From Macrostomum hystrix (Eukaryota > Animalia > Platyhelminthes), in assembly GCA_950097015.1 (NCBI GenBank), contig CATNEN010000038.1, positions 22,878,001 to 22,942,000 on the forward strand: a DNA stretch of 64,000 bases. The letters run 5' to 3'. The stretch's first letter is position 1, and the number at the start of each line of letters is the position of its first letter. Made by a program: the position numbers and the translations under genes. Positions 34,701-49,062 of this stretch are shown in pieces. Below the pieces are notes generated by a model. The model did not search any database and had not been told where the DNA came from. It saw only the letters and a program-made list of their open reading frames with translations.

Positions 34701-36820
34701 ATCGGAACTAGTTTGAGGTTGTAATCCTGAGGCAAGATCCTACTGTTCCTATATACTGTCCCAACTAATACATGGCCAGTGATTTTCAATGCAGTGACTA
34801 CTTATAGTAGTTCTACCACCACGGCCCTAGTAAGAGTTAGTTACCTTGAATCGTAGTCGCATTCCCCCAGTGGCTTTGAAAACATCAAGGCCTAATATGG
34901 GCCTTGCTTGTTTAGTTTTTCGTACTATTTCGTATCTCACACTATTTTCTTTCCCTCGTCTCTGATTGGCCCACTCTTCGTTTATCTTTCTTCGCCCCTC
35001 CTTAATTATCATCTCTTTCCCTCTGGCCTGCCCAGGGCTTAAATATACAGGATCACGGATCACGCGCGTGATAGCAGATAAAACGTATGTTGACGTGACC
35101 TTGACCCTAAACCCTAGATCCTTAAAAACAAATAGATAATGACATCTACGTTTCGGCTCGCCGCTTAGTGATTCGAGGATGCCTGTGCAGGGGGGAACGG
35201 ATTGCGGAGGGATCCAGATTTTTGGAAAAATACGCATTATCCCCAAATGCATAATTTATAGTTAAAGCACAACTTACACTAATCTTTTTGATGTTTAGAA
35301 TTTTTTAATTACGAGCTAAATAACTTAATTTTAGCGTCAAGTAATTCAAGTAAACTTTTCAGGAGTTTATTATAATATATTTTTTATTTTTTTTTGCTTT
35401 TATGAGACCGAATTATTAGTACAATATCACATTAAACCATGCATGTACCTCGAAACTCGATTCAAGGAAGACTGAAAATCTTATTGTATCAAGTAGGTAA
35501 TTCATTTAATTAGGACTACACTTTTACAGGTGATCACTTCACTTTCACTTAAAAGCCTAATCAAAAAAGCAAAACCGTTGGGTGGGTTTATGCTGCAAGG
35601 ATAAAATCTGTGCATCTACAAGAGAAGTATAGAAATATACATTGGTATCAAACGCCGGATGTTCTTTTGTACAGAAAATTTGTGTTTCTTATTTGGTTTC
35701 CGTTTTCGGTTGTTGTAAGTTCTTTATAGATGCAAAAAAGCATAAACAGTATTAAATTTGTAATAAAATATATTTTTTCTTTGTTATTAGTGCAAATATT
35801 GTAACTTTAATCGCAGCGTTTTAATTTAAATGAAGAAATTTGTTTTAGTAATTAAAGTTCTTAATTACATTACTTTTAATATCGTGTTCTTCTTAGAAAT
35901 CATGTCAACTTAAAATAAATAGTCTCTTACATTCTAACCAATTTACAGGTTTTGCTGCTTGGCAAAATTCGTGTAGCCCAGAGTGCAAAAAGTGTGTTTT
36001 TATGAGGTACTGTGTAAATTTTATGCAAAGTAAATGTAAAGCATAAATTAATTTTTTTAACTTATAACATTCTTATTAGAACGATGTGCATAACGATGAA
36101 CATATGCATGCACATATTCGTTGGCTAGTTCAATAGTTTTTGACTTTCCTAAGGCGCAGTGATTTTCCATCTGAGAACTAATTTTATAATTTAGCGCTTA
36201 TATATTAAATCTTTTAACCTAATATTGTGCATACATTTCATTAATAATAGCATATCTACTTTACATTTTAAACAACAGAATAAAGTTTTCTGCTTTGCTT
36301 TCTTATTATGACAGTGAATTTATGATTTGCTTGATGTTATGGCTGTTATGCCAAGCTCGAGCTTAAAAGCTAAAAATTAATAGTAACTAGCTATTTTTCC
36401 ACTACAATTAGTTTAAAATTATTCCAGATTTTAAATGAAAAGTTTTCAAATGCTAAGAAAATGCAGGATTCTTTTAAATACGAGTATTTCACTATGTTAA
36501 ACTCTAAATTCATTCAATTTGTTTGTTTTTGCTATCTATATATAAATAATTAAACTAATGTTTCATTTTGTCTATAAAAGTTGATTTAAGTTTAATCTTA
36601 AAGTAAAATCATATTTTTTATGTATTAAACCAGTTCAAAGACAACTATCCTATTGATCCTCTTGACTTAGCTAGCTTTTACTTTTGATTTTAGGCTTTTT
36701 GTTTTTTAGATGTCTAAGTCCTCAGTTTTATTTTCTGTCAGTTAAATTAATTTCCTTCAGTTTTAATGTTAGAAGCACTAAAACCATTTACAGCTTGAAT
36801 CCTCAGATAGTAGGGTATCA

Positions 36821-38774
36821 ATGAACTATTTAGTGGCCTATTGTACTTCTCCAAGTTCAGACTGTGAATCTGATGATATAGACATTGCTGATGATGGCAA
36901 CACTGGCGATGGCGCAGTTAATCTGTTTCTAATGCAACAGCAGCAAAGTATTCAAGTGCCAACCTTCTGCTCTCGTCTGAAATTGCGTCACCAATTTAAG
37001 CTTCACAGATTGCGCTGGGACTTAAATGACTGGAACTACTTCTTGTACTCGCAGGTAGGCATGCATGGATGGTAGCTAATTAGATTCAAGCAAAAATAGG
37101 GCATGTAGGCAAGAAGCATTCTGGGAGACAGGGAGGGTTTGGGAGACAGGTAGGGCTGTAGGAGGCATCGGGCTTTAGGAGGCAAGTAGGGCTATAGGAG
37201 GCAGGTAGGGCTGTAGGAGGCAGGTAGGGCTGTAAGAGGCAGGTAGGGCTGTAGGAGGCAGGTAGGGCTGTAAGAGGCAGGTAGGGCTGTAGGAAGCAGG
37301 TAGGGCTGTAGGAGGCAGGTAGGTCTGTAGGAGGCAGGGTAGGGCTGTAGGAGGCAGGTAGGGCTGTAGGAGGCAGGTAGGGCTGTAGGAGGCAGGGTAG
37401 GGCTGTAGGAGGCAGGTAGGGCTGTAGGAGGCAGGAGGGCCGTAGGAGCCAGTGTACTTAAATGTCATATATTCCAGTAAAAGTACATTTTCCCGCAGTT
37501 ACTGCCAGTCTGGGCGCTTTGGTTAGTCCGCATATGCCTAACAATTGCCTATCTTGTCACTCTAATCTACGTGTGCGTCACCTCGGCAACCGTTGCCATA
37601 GAAGCGGCTAGCGATGAGGTGCCAAATCCATTTGATGACTGGTTGTCGAATCCGTCCGTTGCCAACACCAGCGCTAATAGTATTTCTGCTGCCCAGAAGC
37701 GGCACCACTTTATAGCTTATTTGACCTATTGGAATTTTTTAGTTACCTGCATCTACTTGACTGGTTCCAGTGTTGTCATGCTAGTTGTCAAGACAACCGA
37801 TGGAGATTCTTATCTAATAAAGGACGGACCATATCTGGTTGCCTGGAGTCATCAGGTATGACAAGTTATTTTTTCAGTAATTTCTGTTACAATGTTAGAA
37901 ACTTTCCTAGAGTATAACCAGATTTGAAGTGGTTGTAGCCTAGTGGGTTAAGAACATCGTACTTACGACTTGCACGTCGGGGGTTCGATTCCTGACTCCG
38001 CTTGGAACAATTTGTGTCCTTTAGAAAGTGTCTCCATCCCAGTCTATGGACTGAACTGCCATACGCAGCTGAGGGTTTAACACGCGACACTTATATCTCG
38101 CTCGAAGGTTCCTGAGGTCACATGCATTTGTGGCACATTTTTCACGTAGAATAGGCTACAGGAGGGTTGCTAAAGACTAATTCACAGCGCTTGTAAGACC
38201 TATCTATCTCCTCCAATCGCTGGTTCAGACTAAGCGCCGACCAATCACGCGCGTCGCCGCCTGGCTAGCCGCCAACTGTCTATGGCTAGCCATGCACGTT
38301 AGCTACACCGGCTCGCTTCTAGTCACTGGCATTGGCCTCTGGCATTCGCTGCTTAGGCCAACCTACGCTCGACTATTTATGCATGGCTGCAATAGTTTGT
38401 TAATGACAGCTGACGCTCTAGCCAGTGGCCTGACATTCCGATTGGCCTACTTATTCTACGTTGAATTATCCGGCTTCGTCTATTTGGCCTTCTCGGCTAT
38501 TTATTGGAGCTTTGATCCGGCAGGCAATGTACTTTATCCGGGTCTGCTGGATTGGAATTCGCCTACTTGGACAGCGGCGGTATCTTGTATTGTTGCGGTG
38601 GTGTGTACGCCCAGCTTGCACTGCCTCTGCTGGCTACTGGCTGGACCAGTTCGCGATTGGCTGGGCCGTAAGAAGCGTTTAGAACAGTTGAAAAACAAAC
38701 GCATTGAAGGGTATAAGCAGTTACAGCAGGAATATCAGCAGCAACAGCAGCAGCAACAGCAACAAGAGTATTAG
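36821..38774 (+). CDS. Rolling-stone-like multi-pass membrane protein, ~378 aa, 3 exons
   Basis: Exons 36821-37054, 37499-37855 and 38229-38774, all phase 0 GT-AG. Motifs FLYSQ, AYLTYW, MHGCNS and LYPGLLDW are typical of the rolling stone / FAR-17a-AIG1-like family. C-terminal polyQ. Confidence 0.8.
37140..37448. repeat. 19-bp intronic minisatellite
   Basis: GTAGGGCTGTAGGAGGCAG units. Confidence 0.9.
37927..38072 (+). mobile_element. tRNA-derived SINE, family 2 (intronic)
   Basis: GGTTGTAGCCTAGTGG (A box)...GGTTCGATTCC (B box). The head is shared with 52567, and the CAGTCTATGGACTGAAC motif follows. Confidence 0.6.
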
Positions 38775-38899
38775 CAGTAGAAGTAGCAGGAGTATCAACA
38801 CTTGTACACATATCAACAAAGCACCAGAGCAGAGCATAAACTGTAGTCAGTCGAAAACCCACATGGCAACCTATATCCCACTATATCCTATAAATATAC

Positions 38900-40710
38900 T
38901 ATATCCTACTATATCTTAGAATCAGATATCCTACTATATCCCACTATCCTAGAATCAGATGTCCTACTATATCCCACTATCCTAGAATCAGATATCCTAC
39001 TATATCCCACTATCCTAGAATCAGATATCCTACTATATCCCACTATCCTAGAATCAGATATCCTACTATATCCCACTATCCTAGAATCAGATATCCTACT
39101 ATATCCCACTATCCTAGAATCAGATATCCTACTATATCCCACTATCCTAGAATCAGATATCCTACTATATCCCACTATCCTAGAATCAGATGTCCTACTA
39201 TATCCGACTATCCTAGAATCAGATATCCTACTATATCCGACTATCCTAGAATCAGATGTCCTACTATATCCGACTATCCTAGAATCAGATGTCCTACTAT
39301 ATCCCACTATCCTAGAATCAGATATCCTACTATATCCGACTATCCTAGAATCAGATGTCCTACTATATCCGACTATCCTAGAATCAGATATCCTACTATA
39401 TCCCACTATCCTAGAATCAGATATCCTACTATATCCGACTATCCTAGAATCAGATGTCCTACTATATCCCACTATCCTAGAATCAGATATCCTACTATAT
39501 CCGACTATCCTAGAATCAGATATCCTACTATATCCGACTATCCTAGATTCAGATATCCTACTATATCCGACTATCCTAGAATCAGATGTCCTACTATATC
39601 CCACTATCCTAGAATCAGATATCCTACTATATCCGACTATCCTAGAATCAGATATCCTACTATATCCGACTATCCTAGAATCAGATATCCTACTATATCC
39701 GACTATCCTAGAATCAGATATCCTACTATATCCCACTATCCTAGATTCAGATATCCTACTATATCCGACTATCCTAGAATGAAATATCCTACTATATCCC
39801 ACTATCCTAGAATCAGATGTCCTACTATATCCCACTATCCTAGAATCTCATTTTCTACTATATCCCACTATCCTAGATTCAGATATCCTACTAAATCACA
39901 CTATCCTAGAATGAAATATCCTACTATATCCCATTATCCTAGAAACAGATATCCTACTATATCCCGCTATCCTAGAATCAGATATCCTACTATATCCCAC
40001 TATCCTAGAATCAGATATCCTACTATATCCGACTATCCTAGAATCAGATATCCTACTATATCCGACTATCCTAGAATCAGATATCCTACTATATCCCACT
40101 ATCCTAGAATCAGATGTCCTACTATATCCCACTATCCTAGAATCAGATATCCTACTATATCCCACTATCCTAGAAACAGATATCCTACTATATCCCATTA
40201 TCCTAGAAACAGATATCCTACTATATCCCGCTATCCTAGAATCAGATATCCTACTATATCCGACTATCCTAGAATCAGATGTCCTACTATATCCGACTAT
40301 CCTAGAATCAGATGTCCTACTATATCCCACTATCCTAGAATCAGATATCCTACTATATCCGACTATCCTAGAATCAGATGTCCTACTATATCCCACTATC
40401 CTAGAATCAGATATCCTACTATATCCGACTATCCTAGAATCAGATATCCTACTATATCCGACTATCCTAGATTCAGATATCCTACTATATCCGACTATCC
40501 TAGAATCAGATGTCCTACTATATCCCACTATCCTAGAATCAGATATCCTACTATATCCCACTATCCTAGAAACAGATATCCTACTATATCCGACTATCCT
40601 AGAATGAAATATCCTACTATATCCCACTATCCTAGAATCAGATATCCTACTATATCCGACTATCCTAGAATCTCATTTTCTACTATATCACACTATCCTA
40701 TAATCTCATT
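38900..40710. repeat. 33-bp minisatellite
   Basis: ATCCTACTATATCCCACTATCCTAGAATCAGAT units. Confidence 0.96.
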
Positions 40711-41369
40711 TCCTATATCCCAATATTTATAAGCGTCTCACTTCATATCCCACTGGCTATCTTTGTAGAATCTTATTAATAAGTCTGTCTCCTTATTATG
40801 CTTGCCCTGAGGCCTACCTTTTGATGTTTTATAGTTCCTTGTTTTCAAGGCTTTTTAGTAAGTCAATAATATTTCTGCACAGGTTATTAGCATTTTAACA
40901 ATGCACAATATCTAGATTGATCCTTCAACGATATTTTCTTAGTGTTGAAATTTTGTAGTAAAACACTGCAAACTACTAAAAGTAAGACCAAGTAGTATTA
41001 TGTGCAAATTTAATTATGTTTAATGGCGAAGATAAATAATTCTTGTTTTGTTGTGATTCTGTAAAACTATCGAGCAATATGGTAATATTATAATATATTT
41101 TGGCACATTTTCATGCACTTTTTCGAAAAGCGATCCTGTGTCTTTTTTAAGTATGAGCTGATAGTATCACGTCATTTGATTTCTACATTCTTGTTGCTTT
41201 TTTCATTATTTTTAGTGCAATTCTTTAAAATGCTGTTTTTGGATCGTTGCTTTTTTGCATCGACGCTTTTAAAAGCTTTTTAATAGTATTCAGATTATCA
41301 TGTTGTCTCTATCCAATTTTATGAACTACGAACTCGTATTATCAAGTTTCAGATCCTTTTGATAAGAAC

Positions 41370-41775
41370 ATCTGTTATCCCAGATCCTCCCAGATCCTCA
41401 GATTGACACCTCTGTTATCCCAGATCCTCCCAGATCCTCAGATTGGCACCTCTGTTATCCCAGATCCTCCCAGATCCTCAGATTGGCAACTCTGTTATCC
41501 CAGATCCTCAGATTGGCACCTCTGTTATCCCAGATCCTCAGATTGGCACCTCTGTTATCCCAGATCCTCAGATTGGCACCTCTGTTATCCCAGATCCTCA
41601 GATTGGCACCCCTGTTATCCCAGATCCTCAGATTGGCACCTCTGTTATCCCAGATCCTCAGATTGGCACTTATTCATAGAGTGCTAATTAGCTCTGTTAT
41701 CCCAGATCCTCAGATTGGATCCTCTGTTATCCCAGATCCTCAGATTGGAACCTCTGTTATCACAGATCCTCAGGT
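41370..41775. repeat. 30-bp minisatellite
   Basis: TCTGTTATCCCAGATCCTCAGATTGGCACC units. Confidence 0.92.
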
Positions 41776-42177
41776 TGGTACATAAAATTGGATACGTTGT
41801 AATGTATTGTAAAACAGTTATTTATTTCGCTCACCAGTGTTGTTTAAAGTGATTTTTGCTAGACTTTCGCTTTGAATTTAGTGATACTTTCATACATTAG
41901 TTAGTATTTTGTTCATCGCTTCGTGTTATATCAATATTTCATTACTGATATAAGTAACAGTTAATTAACAATGTATTATTTGTTACATCCTGACAAATTA
42001 AACGTTTTTATTTTGCTGTGAAATTGCTTGGAGCAGCAGTGAAGTATTTTTTAGTGGTCACTTAACAACAGCACAGTAGAACTATTTGTGTTTCTAAAAG
42101 TTTTTTTCTTGAGGTACAAAATTCAATATCAGCAATTTCTTTTTTTGTTTTGCAAATATTTTCATCAGATTTTAGCC

Positions 42178-43380
42178 AGTCAGTCTCAGAAACAGCCGCA
42201 CTAATTATCCACACCTGGGGCAGTCAGTCACTTTGTGAAACAGCCACCCTAATTATTCACACCTGGGCTGTCAGTCGCTCTCAGAAACAGCCGCACTAAT
42301 TATCCACACCTGGGCAGTCAGTCGCTCTCTGAAACAGCCGCCCTAATTATTCACACCTGGGCAGTCAGTCACTCTCTGAAACAGCCGACCTAATTATCCA
42401 CACCTGGGTAGTCAGTGACTCTCTGAAAGACCGCACTAATTATCCACACCTGGGCAGTCAGTCACTCTGTAAAACAGCCACCCTAATTATCCACACCTGG
42501 GCAGTCAGTCACTCTCTGAAACAGCCGACCTAATTATCCACACCTGGGTAGTCAGTGACTCTCTGAAAGACCGCACTAATTATCCACACCTGGGCAGTCA
42601 GTCACTCTGTAAAACAGCCACCCTAATTATCCACACCTGGGCTGTCAGTCGCTCTCTGAAACAGCCACCCTAATTATTCACACCTGGGCTGTCAGTCGCT
42701 CTCTGAAACAGCCGCCCTAATTATCCACACCTGGGCAGTCAGTCGCTCTCTGAAACAGCCGCCCTAATTATTCACACCTGGGCTGTCAGTCGCTCTCTGA
42801 AACAGCCGCCCTAATTATCCACACCTGGGCAGTCAGTCGCTCTCTGAAACAGCCGCCCTAATTATCCACACCTGGGCAGTCCGTCGCTCTCTGAAACAGC
42901 CGCTCTAATTATCCACACCTGGGCAGTCAGTCGCTCTCTGAAACAGCCGCCCTAATTATCCACACCTGGGCAGTCAGTCGCTCTCTGAAACAGCCGCCCT
43001 AATTATCCACACCTGGGCAGTCAGTCGCTCTCTGAAACAGCCGCCCTAATTATCCACACCTGGGCAGTCAGTCGCTCTCTGAAACAGCCGCCCTAATTAT
43101 CCACACCTGGGCAGTCAGTCACTCTGTGAAACAGCCGCCCTAATTATCCACACCTGGGTAGTCAGTCACTCTGTGAAACAGCCGCCCTAATTATCCACAC
43201 CTGGGTAGTCAGTCACTGTGAAACAGCCGCCCTAATTATTCACACCTGGGCAGTCAGTCACTCTGTGAAACAGCCGCCCTAATTATTCACACCTGGGTAG
43301 TCAGTCGCTCTCTGAAACAGCCGCCCTAATTATTCACACCTGGGCAGTCAGTCACTCTCTGAAACAGCCGCCCTAATTAT
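42178..43380. repeat. 47-bp minisatellite
   Basis: GAAACAGCCGCCCTAATTATCCACACCTGGGCAGTCAGTCGCTCTCT units. Confidence 0.95.
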
Positions 43381-43542
43381 TTATTATTTAAAGCGATGAT
43401 CAAGCATGTTGCGCAGTAGTTCATACCGGAGCATCGTCGCCCACCTCAATGATTTCAGGCAACAGCCGCAGTAACAGCGGCTGCAGCGGCGGCTCGTCAC
43501 GGACGCCTGCACTTTGGCCGTCACCTGCAGCGAAGCCTCTAG

Positions 43543-44758
43543 TCTCCACCGTGGCCGCCAGCCGCGTCAACCGGGTCCACCACGTCAGCCGAGTCGGTGC
43601 CCGACGCTGTTGACGCAGCGTCGGAATCGCTGCCAGAGTGTCGCATCTGCCGCTGCTCTGCTGAGGAGCTTCGCGAGCGGGCCATCGGCGATCGGCTCTA
43701 CCGAGTGAAGTGCGCCTGTGCCGGCAGCCTCGGCTCATTGTGCGGCGGCTGCTACAGAATGTTTTACCTGGAGAGGCAACTGGAAAGGTAAACAACTCGT
43801 GACTTCATCCCCTTCACTATCAAACACTTCATTATCATTAACCCACTGTACATTCACTCACTGTACATTCACGCACTGTACATTCACCCACTGTACATTC
43901 ACCCACTGTACATTCACCCAATGTACATTCACCCACTGTACATTCACCCAATGTACATTCACCCACTATGCATACATCCACAGTACATTTACCATATTCA
44001 GCATCTAGAGCTCCTTGATATTTAAACGTCTTCTCGCCCTCAACTTCGCAGATGCGAGCTCTGCCAGCAAGTCATCGGCATCAACAACGCTTCGACTGTA
44101 CTCCGACTGCGTCGATGGTGGCAGCAGCGCAAGCGGTCGCTGCCGCTGCTCAATCTTAGACCGCCAAGTAGCACCTGCAGAGCCGGTGTATTCCTCTGCT
44201 CGGTGCTGTTCGTGCTGTTTCTGCTGGGCGTTCTAGTTGGGTACACAATGCAGATGGTGAGCCACTCTTTAGTTACATCATCCTTTTACTTGAGGCTAAT
44301 TATCCCAATGATCCTTCGAATTCAGGTGAATAATCTCAATGATCCTTCGATTTGAGGCAAATTTATCCCAAATGGATTTCTCCCCTCGCTAATCAAAGGG
44401 TCACGATCATTGCCGCTGTCTTCACGGACCTTCTACAGCTCCGATTGGTTCTAGCAATCGGACTACAACCGTAGTCTATGGTTCGGCTACCACAATGGAC
44501 TCCGGCAATTTCAGCGGCGTGTCGCCAACGCCGCCAGCTTCGTCGACTTTGTATGAGCCGCTGTTGCACGGCCCCGCTCTGCCTGTACTGTCTGCCATGT
44601 GTGCCCTGCTATTGGTCTTTGTTGTCTACAGCTTGCGCCGCTGCTTCGCCTTTAGAACTGCCGCAGCCGCTAGGCGTCAACGGCAGCAGCGCGGAGCCGC
44701 CGACGATATCGAAGCTGAGGCCGCTATCGAAGGCGAAGACGGCGGACCGTTTAGTTGA
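43543..44758 (+). CDS. MARCH-like RING-CH E3 ligase with two TM helices (5' end unresolved)
   Basis: Exons ~43543-43787, 44052-44256 and 44399-44758 splice in frame. Sequence ECRICRC...KCACAGSLGSLCGGC...R|CELC, then TMs GVFLCSVLFVLFLLGVLVGY and LPVLSAMCALLLVFVVYSL. No in-frame ATG was found before the RING. Confidence 0.72.
43842..43995. repeat. 15-bp intronic tandem repeat
   Basis: CACTGTACATTCACC units. Confidence 0.85.
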
Positions 44759-44867
44759 AGTGGATCGTCTGTGGTGTTGCAGTGGAAAACTTTTGTTGGG
44801 CAGTGCTTAAGTCATACCATCAGCTGACTTCATTTCATTCGTCATGTCGCTCTACTCTCTTCTTATA

Positions 44868-45358
44868 TACTCTCCGCTCTACTCTCCCATCTACTGCCCG
44901 ATCTACTCTACGCTCTACTCTCCGATCTACTCTACGCTCTACTCTCCGATCTTCTCTACGCTCTACTCCCCGATCTTCTCTACGCTCTACTCTCCGATCT
45001 TCTCTACGCTCTACTCTCCGATCTTCTCTACGCTCTACTCTCCTATCTACTCTACGCTCTACTCTCCGATCTTCTCTACGCTCTACTCTCCGATCTACTC
45101 TACGCTCTACCCTACGCTCTAATCTCCCGCTCTACTCTCCGATCTACTCTGCGCTCTACTCTCCGATCTTCTCTACACTCTAGTCTCCGATCTACTCTAC
45201 GCTCTACTCTCCGATCTTCTCTACGCTCTAGTCTCCGATCTACTCTATGGTCTACTCTCCGATCTACTCTACGCTCTACCCTACGCTCTACTCTCCCGCT
45301 CTACTCTCCCGCTCTACTCTCCTATCTACTCTCCTATCTACTCTCTGATCTACTCTCG
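44868..45358. repeat. 12/24-bp minisatellite
   Basis: CTCTACGCTCTACTCTCCGATCTT units. Confidence 0.9.
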
Positions 45359-46319
45359 AATTGAATGTCTAATCTATTCTTTCACTTTTTAAAACTTTTT
45401 TTAACTCTAACTCTCCGACTGTACTGTCGCAATCTACTTTATAATCTACTCGCCCACTTTACTCACTCTACTCTATTTTACTCTGCTATTTGTTAGTACT
45501 CTCGCGCTTCATTATAATTTCTACTAGGAGCAGAAACGCATGAATTAGTCTCTAGTCTGCGGTTCAAGCATAATTATATTTTCATAAAAGCATAGCTATC
45601 AAAGTTCATAATTTGTTGTTTTACCAGTCAATACCCATTTTTATCATCAGGTATATATTTTAGTATAAAATTCCTGAGTTATTTTTCGACCGTACCTTTA
45701 ACGGATAGTGTACTAATACAATTTATTTTATTGGTGATGTTCTCTTGAATGTGTATACTTATATTTTATGATCTGAGCACGACACTGTGTCTCGGTGTTG
45801 CAATAACATTGCGTCCTGTTTTTGCAGCTTTTTGATATGCGCGGTTGACAGAGCTTTCGATGTTAAAATTTGTTATAACTGAACTCTTTGTATATATTTT
45901 CAAATCTTGGTCGTGGCAGGGCTGACAATATTTGTACACATGATTTATTTACAACTTTATCGTCGATATTTCGTGGTGTTGAGGTGACTCGATTTTAGTT
46001 TTTTTAGATTTTCGTTACTTCTTTTTAGTTTAAAAAAGCGAATACGCTTTCTTTGATGGTTGTTAGTTATTGTCTTTTAATTCATATTTTATTTAGTTCG
46101 AATTGTTATAATTTTGAAGTAAAATTTTTGTGCACTCTGCTTTTAATTGCAATTTTTGTTTAGCTTAGGCTTGTAAGATCATGCACTACTTAAATAGTTC
46201 GTAGTAGTAGATGACGCTTCTTTGCCATAGAACGTTGATACGTTGTGTGTTTTAAGCTGTTCGCTGAAAAAAATATTGTAAATCTTTTTTGTTTTTTTTA
46301 GTTTTCCCGGTTGAAATTT

Positions 46320-47095
46320 TAATGTACACTCGCTACAACCAATCCGCTCCAATTTCAATTTACACACGCTACAACCAATCTGCTCCAATCTCAAAATGTA
46401 CACTCGCTACGACCAAACCCCTCCAATCCCAATGTACACTCACTACGACCAATCCGCTCCAATTTCAATGTACACACGCTACAATCAATCCGCTCCAATT
46501 TCAATGTACACACGCTACAACCAATCTGCTCCAATCTCAAAATGTACACTCGCTACGACCAACCCCCTCCAATCCCAATGTACACTCACTACGACCAATC
46601 CGCTCCAATCTCAATGGTCACTCGCAACGACCAACCCCTCCAATCTCAAAGTACACTCGCTACGACCAACCCACTCCAATCCCAATGTACACTCACTACG
46701 ACCAATCCGCTCCAATCTCAATGGTCACTCGCAACGACCAACCCCCTCCAATCTCAAAGTACACTCGCTACGACCAACCCACTCCAATCCCAATGTACAC
46801 TCACTACGACCAATCCGCTCCAATCTCAATGGTCACTCGCAACGACCAACCCCTCCAATCTCAAAGTACACTCGCTACGACCAACCCACTCCAATCCCAA
46901 TGTACACTCACTACGACCAATCCGCTCCAATCTCAATGGTCACTCGCAACGACCAACCCCCTCCAATCTCAAAGTACACTCGCTACGACCAACCCACTCC
47001 AATCCCAATGTACACTCACTACGACCAATCCGCTCCAATCTCAATGGTCACTCGCAACGACCAACCCCCTCCAATCTCAAAGTACACTCGCTACA
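46320..47095. repeat. 36-bp minisatellite with a ~108-bp trimeric higher-order unit
   Basis: Three alternating variants of AATGTACACTCACTACGACCAATCCGCTCCAATCTC. Confidence 0.9.
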
Positions 47096-47380
47096 AAATG
47101 ACCTTATTTCCTTCACATTGCCCTTTCCACTTCGCGAGTTGTTCTGAATTTAAGCACCCGCTTTAACTTATCAAACACAATTTTTTTTCCATGCCACTTT
47201 TCTAGACAAGTTACAAATGCAAAATTATGTAAAAAATTTGTTTATTTCGAACTTTTTCCAGTCGGTAAATCTATTCAACAATATACCATCTATCTTATGT
47301 TAATAACAAAATTTTGGCTGTTTAAAGATCCAGAAAAGCTTTAAAAAATGACATTTTATTTAACCTATTTTGTTCATTAT

Positions 47381-49062
47381 TTGGGATTGTGGGATTCTAG
47401 CTACGGCTGCAGCAGATGCTTTGGGATTGTGGGATTCTAGCTATCGCTGCAGCAGGTGCTTTGGGATTGTGGGATTCTAGCTACGGCTGCAGCAGGTGCT
47501 TTGGGATTGCGGGATTCTAGCTATCGCTGCAGCAGATGCTTTGGGATTGTGGGATTCTAGCTACGCCTGCAGCAGGTGCTTTGGGATTGCGGGATTCTAG
47601 CTACGCCTGCAGCAGGTGCTTTGGGATTGCGGGATTCTAGCTACGGCTGCAGCAGGTGCTTTGGGGATTGTGGGATTCTAACTACGGCTGCAGCAGATGC
47701 TTTGGGATTGTGGGATTCTAGCTACGGCTGCAGCAGGTGCTTTGGGATTGTGGGATTCTAGCTACGGCTGCAGCAGGTGCTTTGGGATTGTGGGATTCTA
47801 GCTACGGCTGCAGCAGGTGCTTTGGGATTGTGGGATTCTAGCTACGGCTGCAGCAGATGCTTTGGGATTGCGGGATTCTAGCTACGGCTGCAGCAGGTGC
47901 TTTGGGATTTCGGGATTCTAGCTACGGCTGCAGCAGGTGCTTTGGGATTGTGGGATTCTAGCTACGCCTGCAGCAGGTGCTTTGGGATTTCGGGATTCTA
48001 GCTACGGCTGCAGCAGGTGCTTTGGGATTGCGGGATTCTAGCTACGCCTGCAGCAGGTGCTTTGGGATTGCGGGATTCTAGCTACTGCTGCAGCAGGTGC
48101 TTTGGGATTGTGGGATTCTAGCTATCACTGAAGCAGGTGCTTTGGGATTGTGGGATTCTAGCTACGGCTGCAGCAGGTGCTTTGGGATTGTGGGATTCTA
48201 GCTACGGCTGCAGCAGGTGCCTTGGGATTGTGGGATTCTAGCTATCGCTGCAGCAGGTGCTTTGGGATTGTGGGATTCTAGCTACGGCTGCAGCAGGTGC
48301 TTTGGGATTGCGGGATTCTAGCTATCGCTGCAGCAGATGCTTTGGGATTGTGGGATTCTAGCTACGGCTGCAGCAGATGCTTTGGGATTGCGGGATTCTA
48401 GCTACGGCTGCAGCAGGTGCTTTGGGATTGTGGGATTCTAGCTACGGCTGCAGCAGGTGCTTTGGGATTGTGGGATTCTAGCTACGGCTGCAGCAGGTGC
48501 TTTGGGATTGTGGGATTCTAGCTACGGCTGCAGCAGGTGCCTTGGGATTGTGGGATTCTAGCTACGGCTGCAGCAGGTGCCTTGGGATTGTGGGATTCTA
48601 GCTATCGCTGCAGCAGGTGCTTTGGGATTGTGGGATTCTAGCTACGGCTGCAGCAGGTGCTTTGGGATTGCGGGATTCTAGCTATCGCTGCAGCAGATGC
48701 TTTGGGATTGTGGGATTCTAGCTACGGCTGCAGCAGATGCTTTGGGATTGCGGGATTCTAGCTACGGCTGCAGCAGGTGCTTTGGGATTTCGGGATTCTA
48801 GCTACGGCTGCAGCAGGTGCTTTGGGATTGTGGGATTCTAGCTACGCCTGCAGCAGGTGCTTTGGGATTTCGGGATTCTAGCTACGGCTGCAGCAGGTGC
48901 TTTGGGATTGCGGGATTCTAGCTACGCCTGCAGCAGGTGCTTTGGGATTGCGGGATTCTAGCTACTGCTGCAGCAGGTGCTTTGGGATTGTGGGATTCTA
49001 GCTATCACTGAAGCAGGTGCTTTGGGATTGTGGGATTCCAGCTACGGCTGCAGTAAATGCTT
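47381..49062. repeat. 40-bp minisatellite
   Basis: TTGGGATTGTGGGATTCTAGCTACGGCTGCAGCAGGTGCT units. Confidence 0.96.

Noticed and set aside
9207-47166. Long repetitive ORFs (NLRMWDG, VPVNPSLILS, MILATIP, SLPFSPV, IVGYSRISDSR, TRYDQ and similar)
   Set aside because: These are by-products of stop-free minisatellite units, often open in several frames and on both strands, with no unique coding context.
10563-49062. Tandem arrays as CRISPR arrays
   Set aside because: There are no unique spacers and no cas genes, and the context is eukaryotic.
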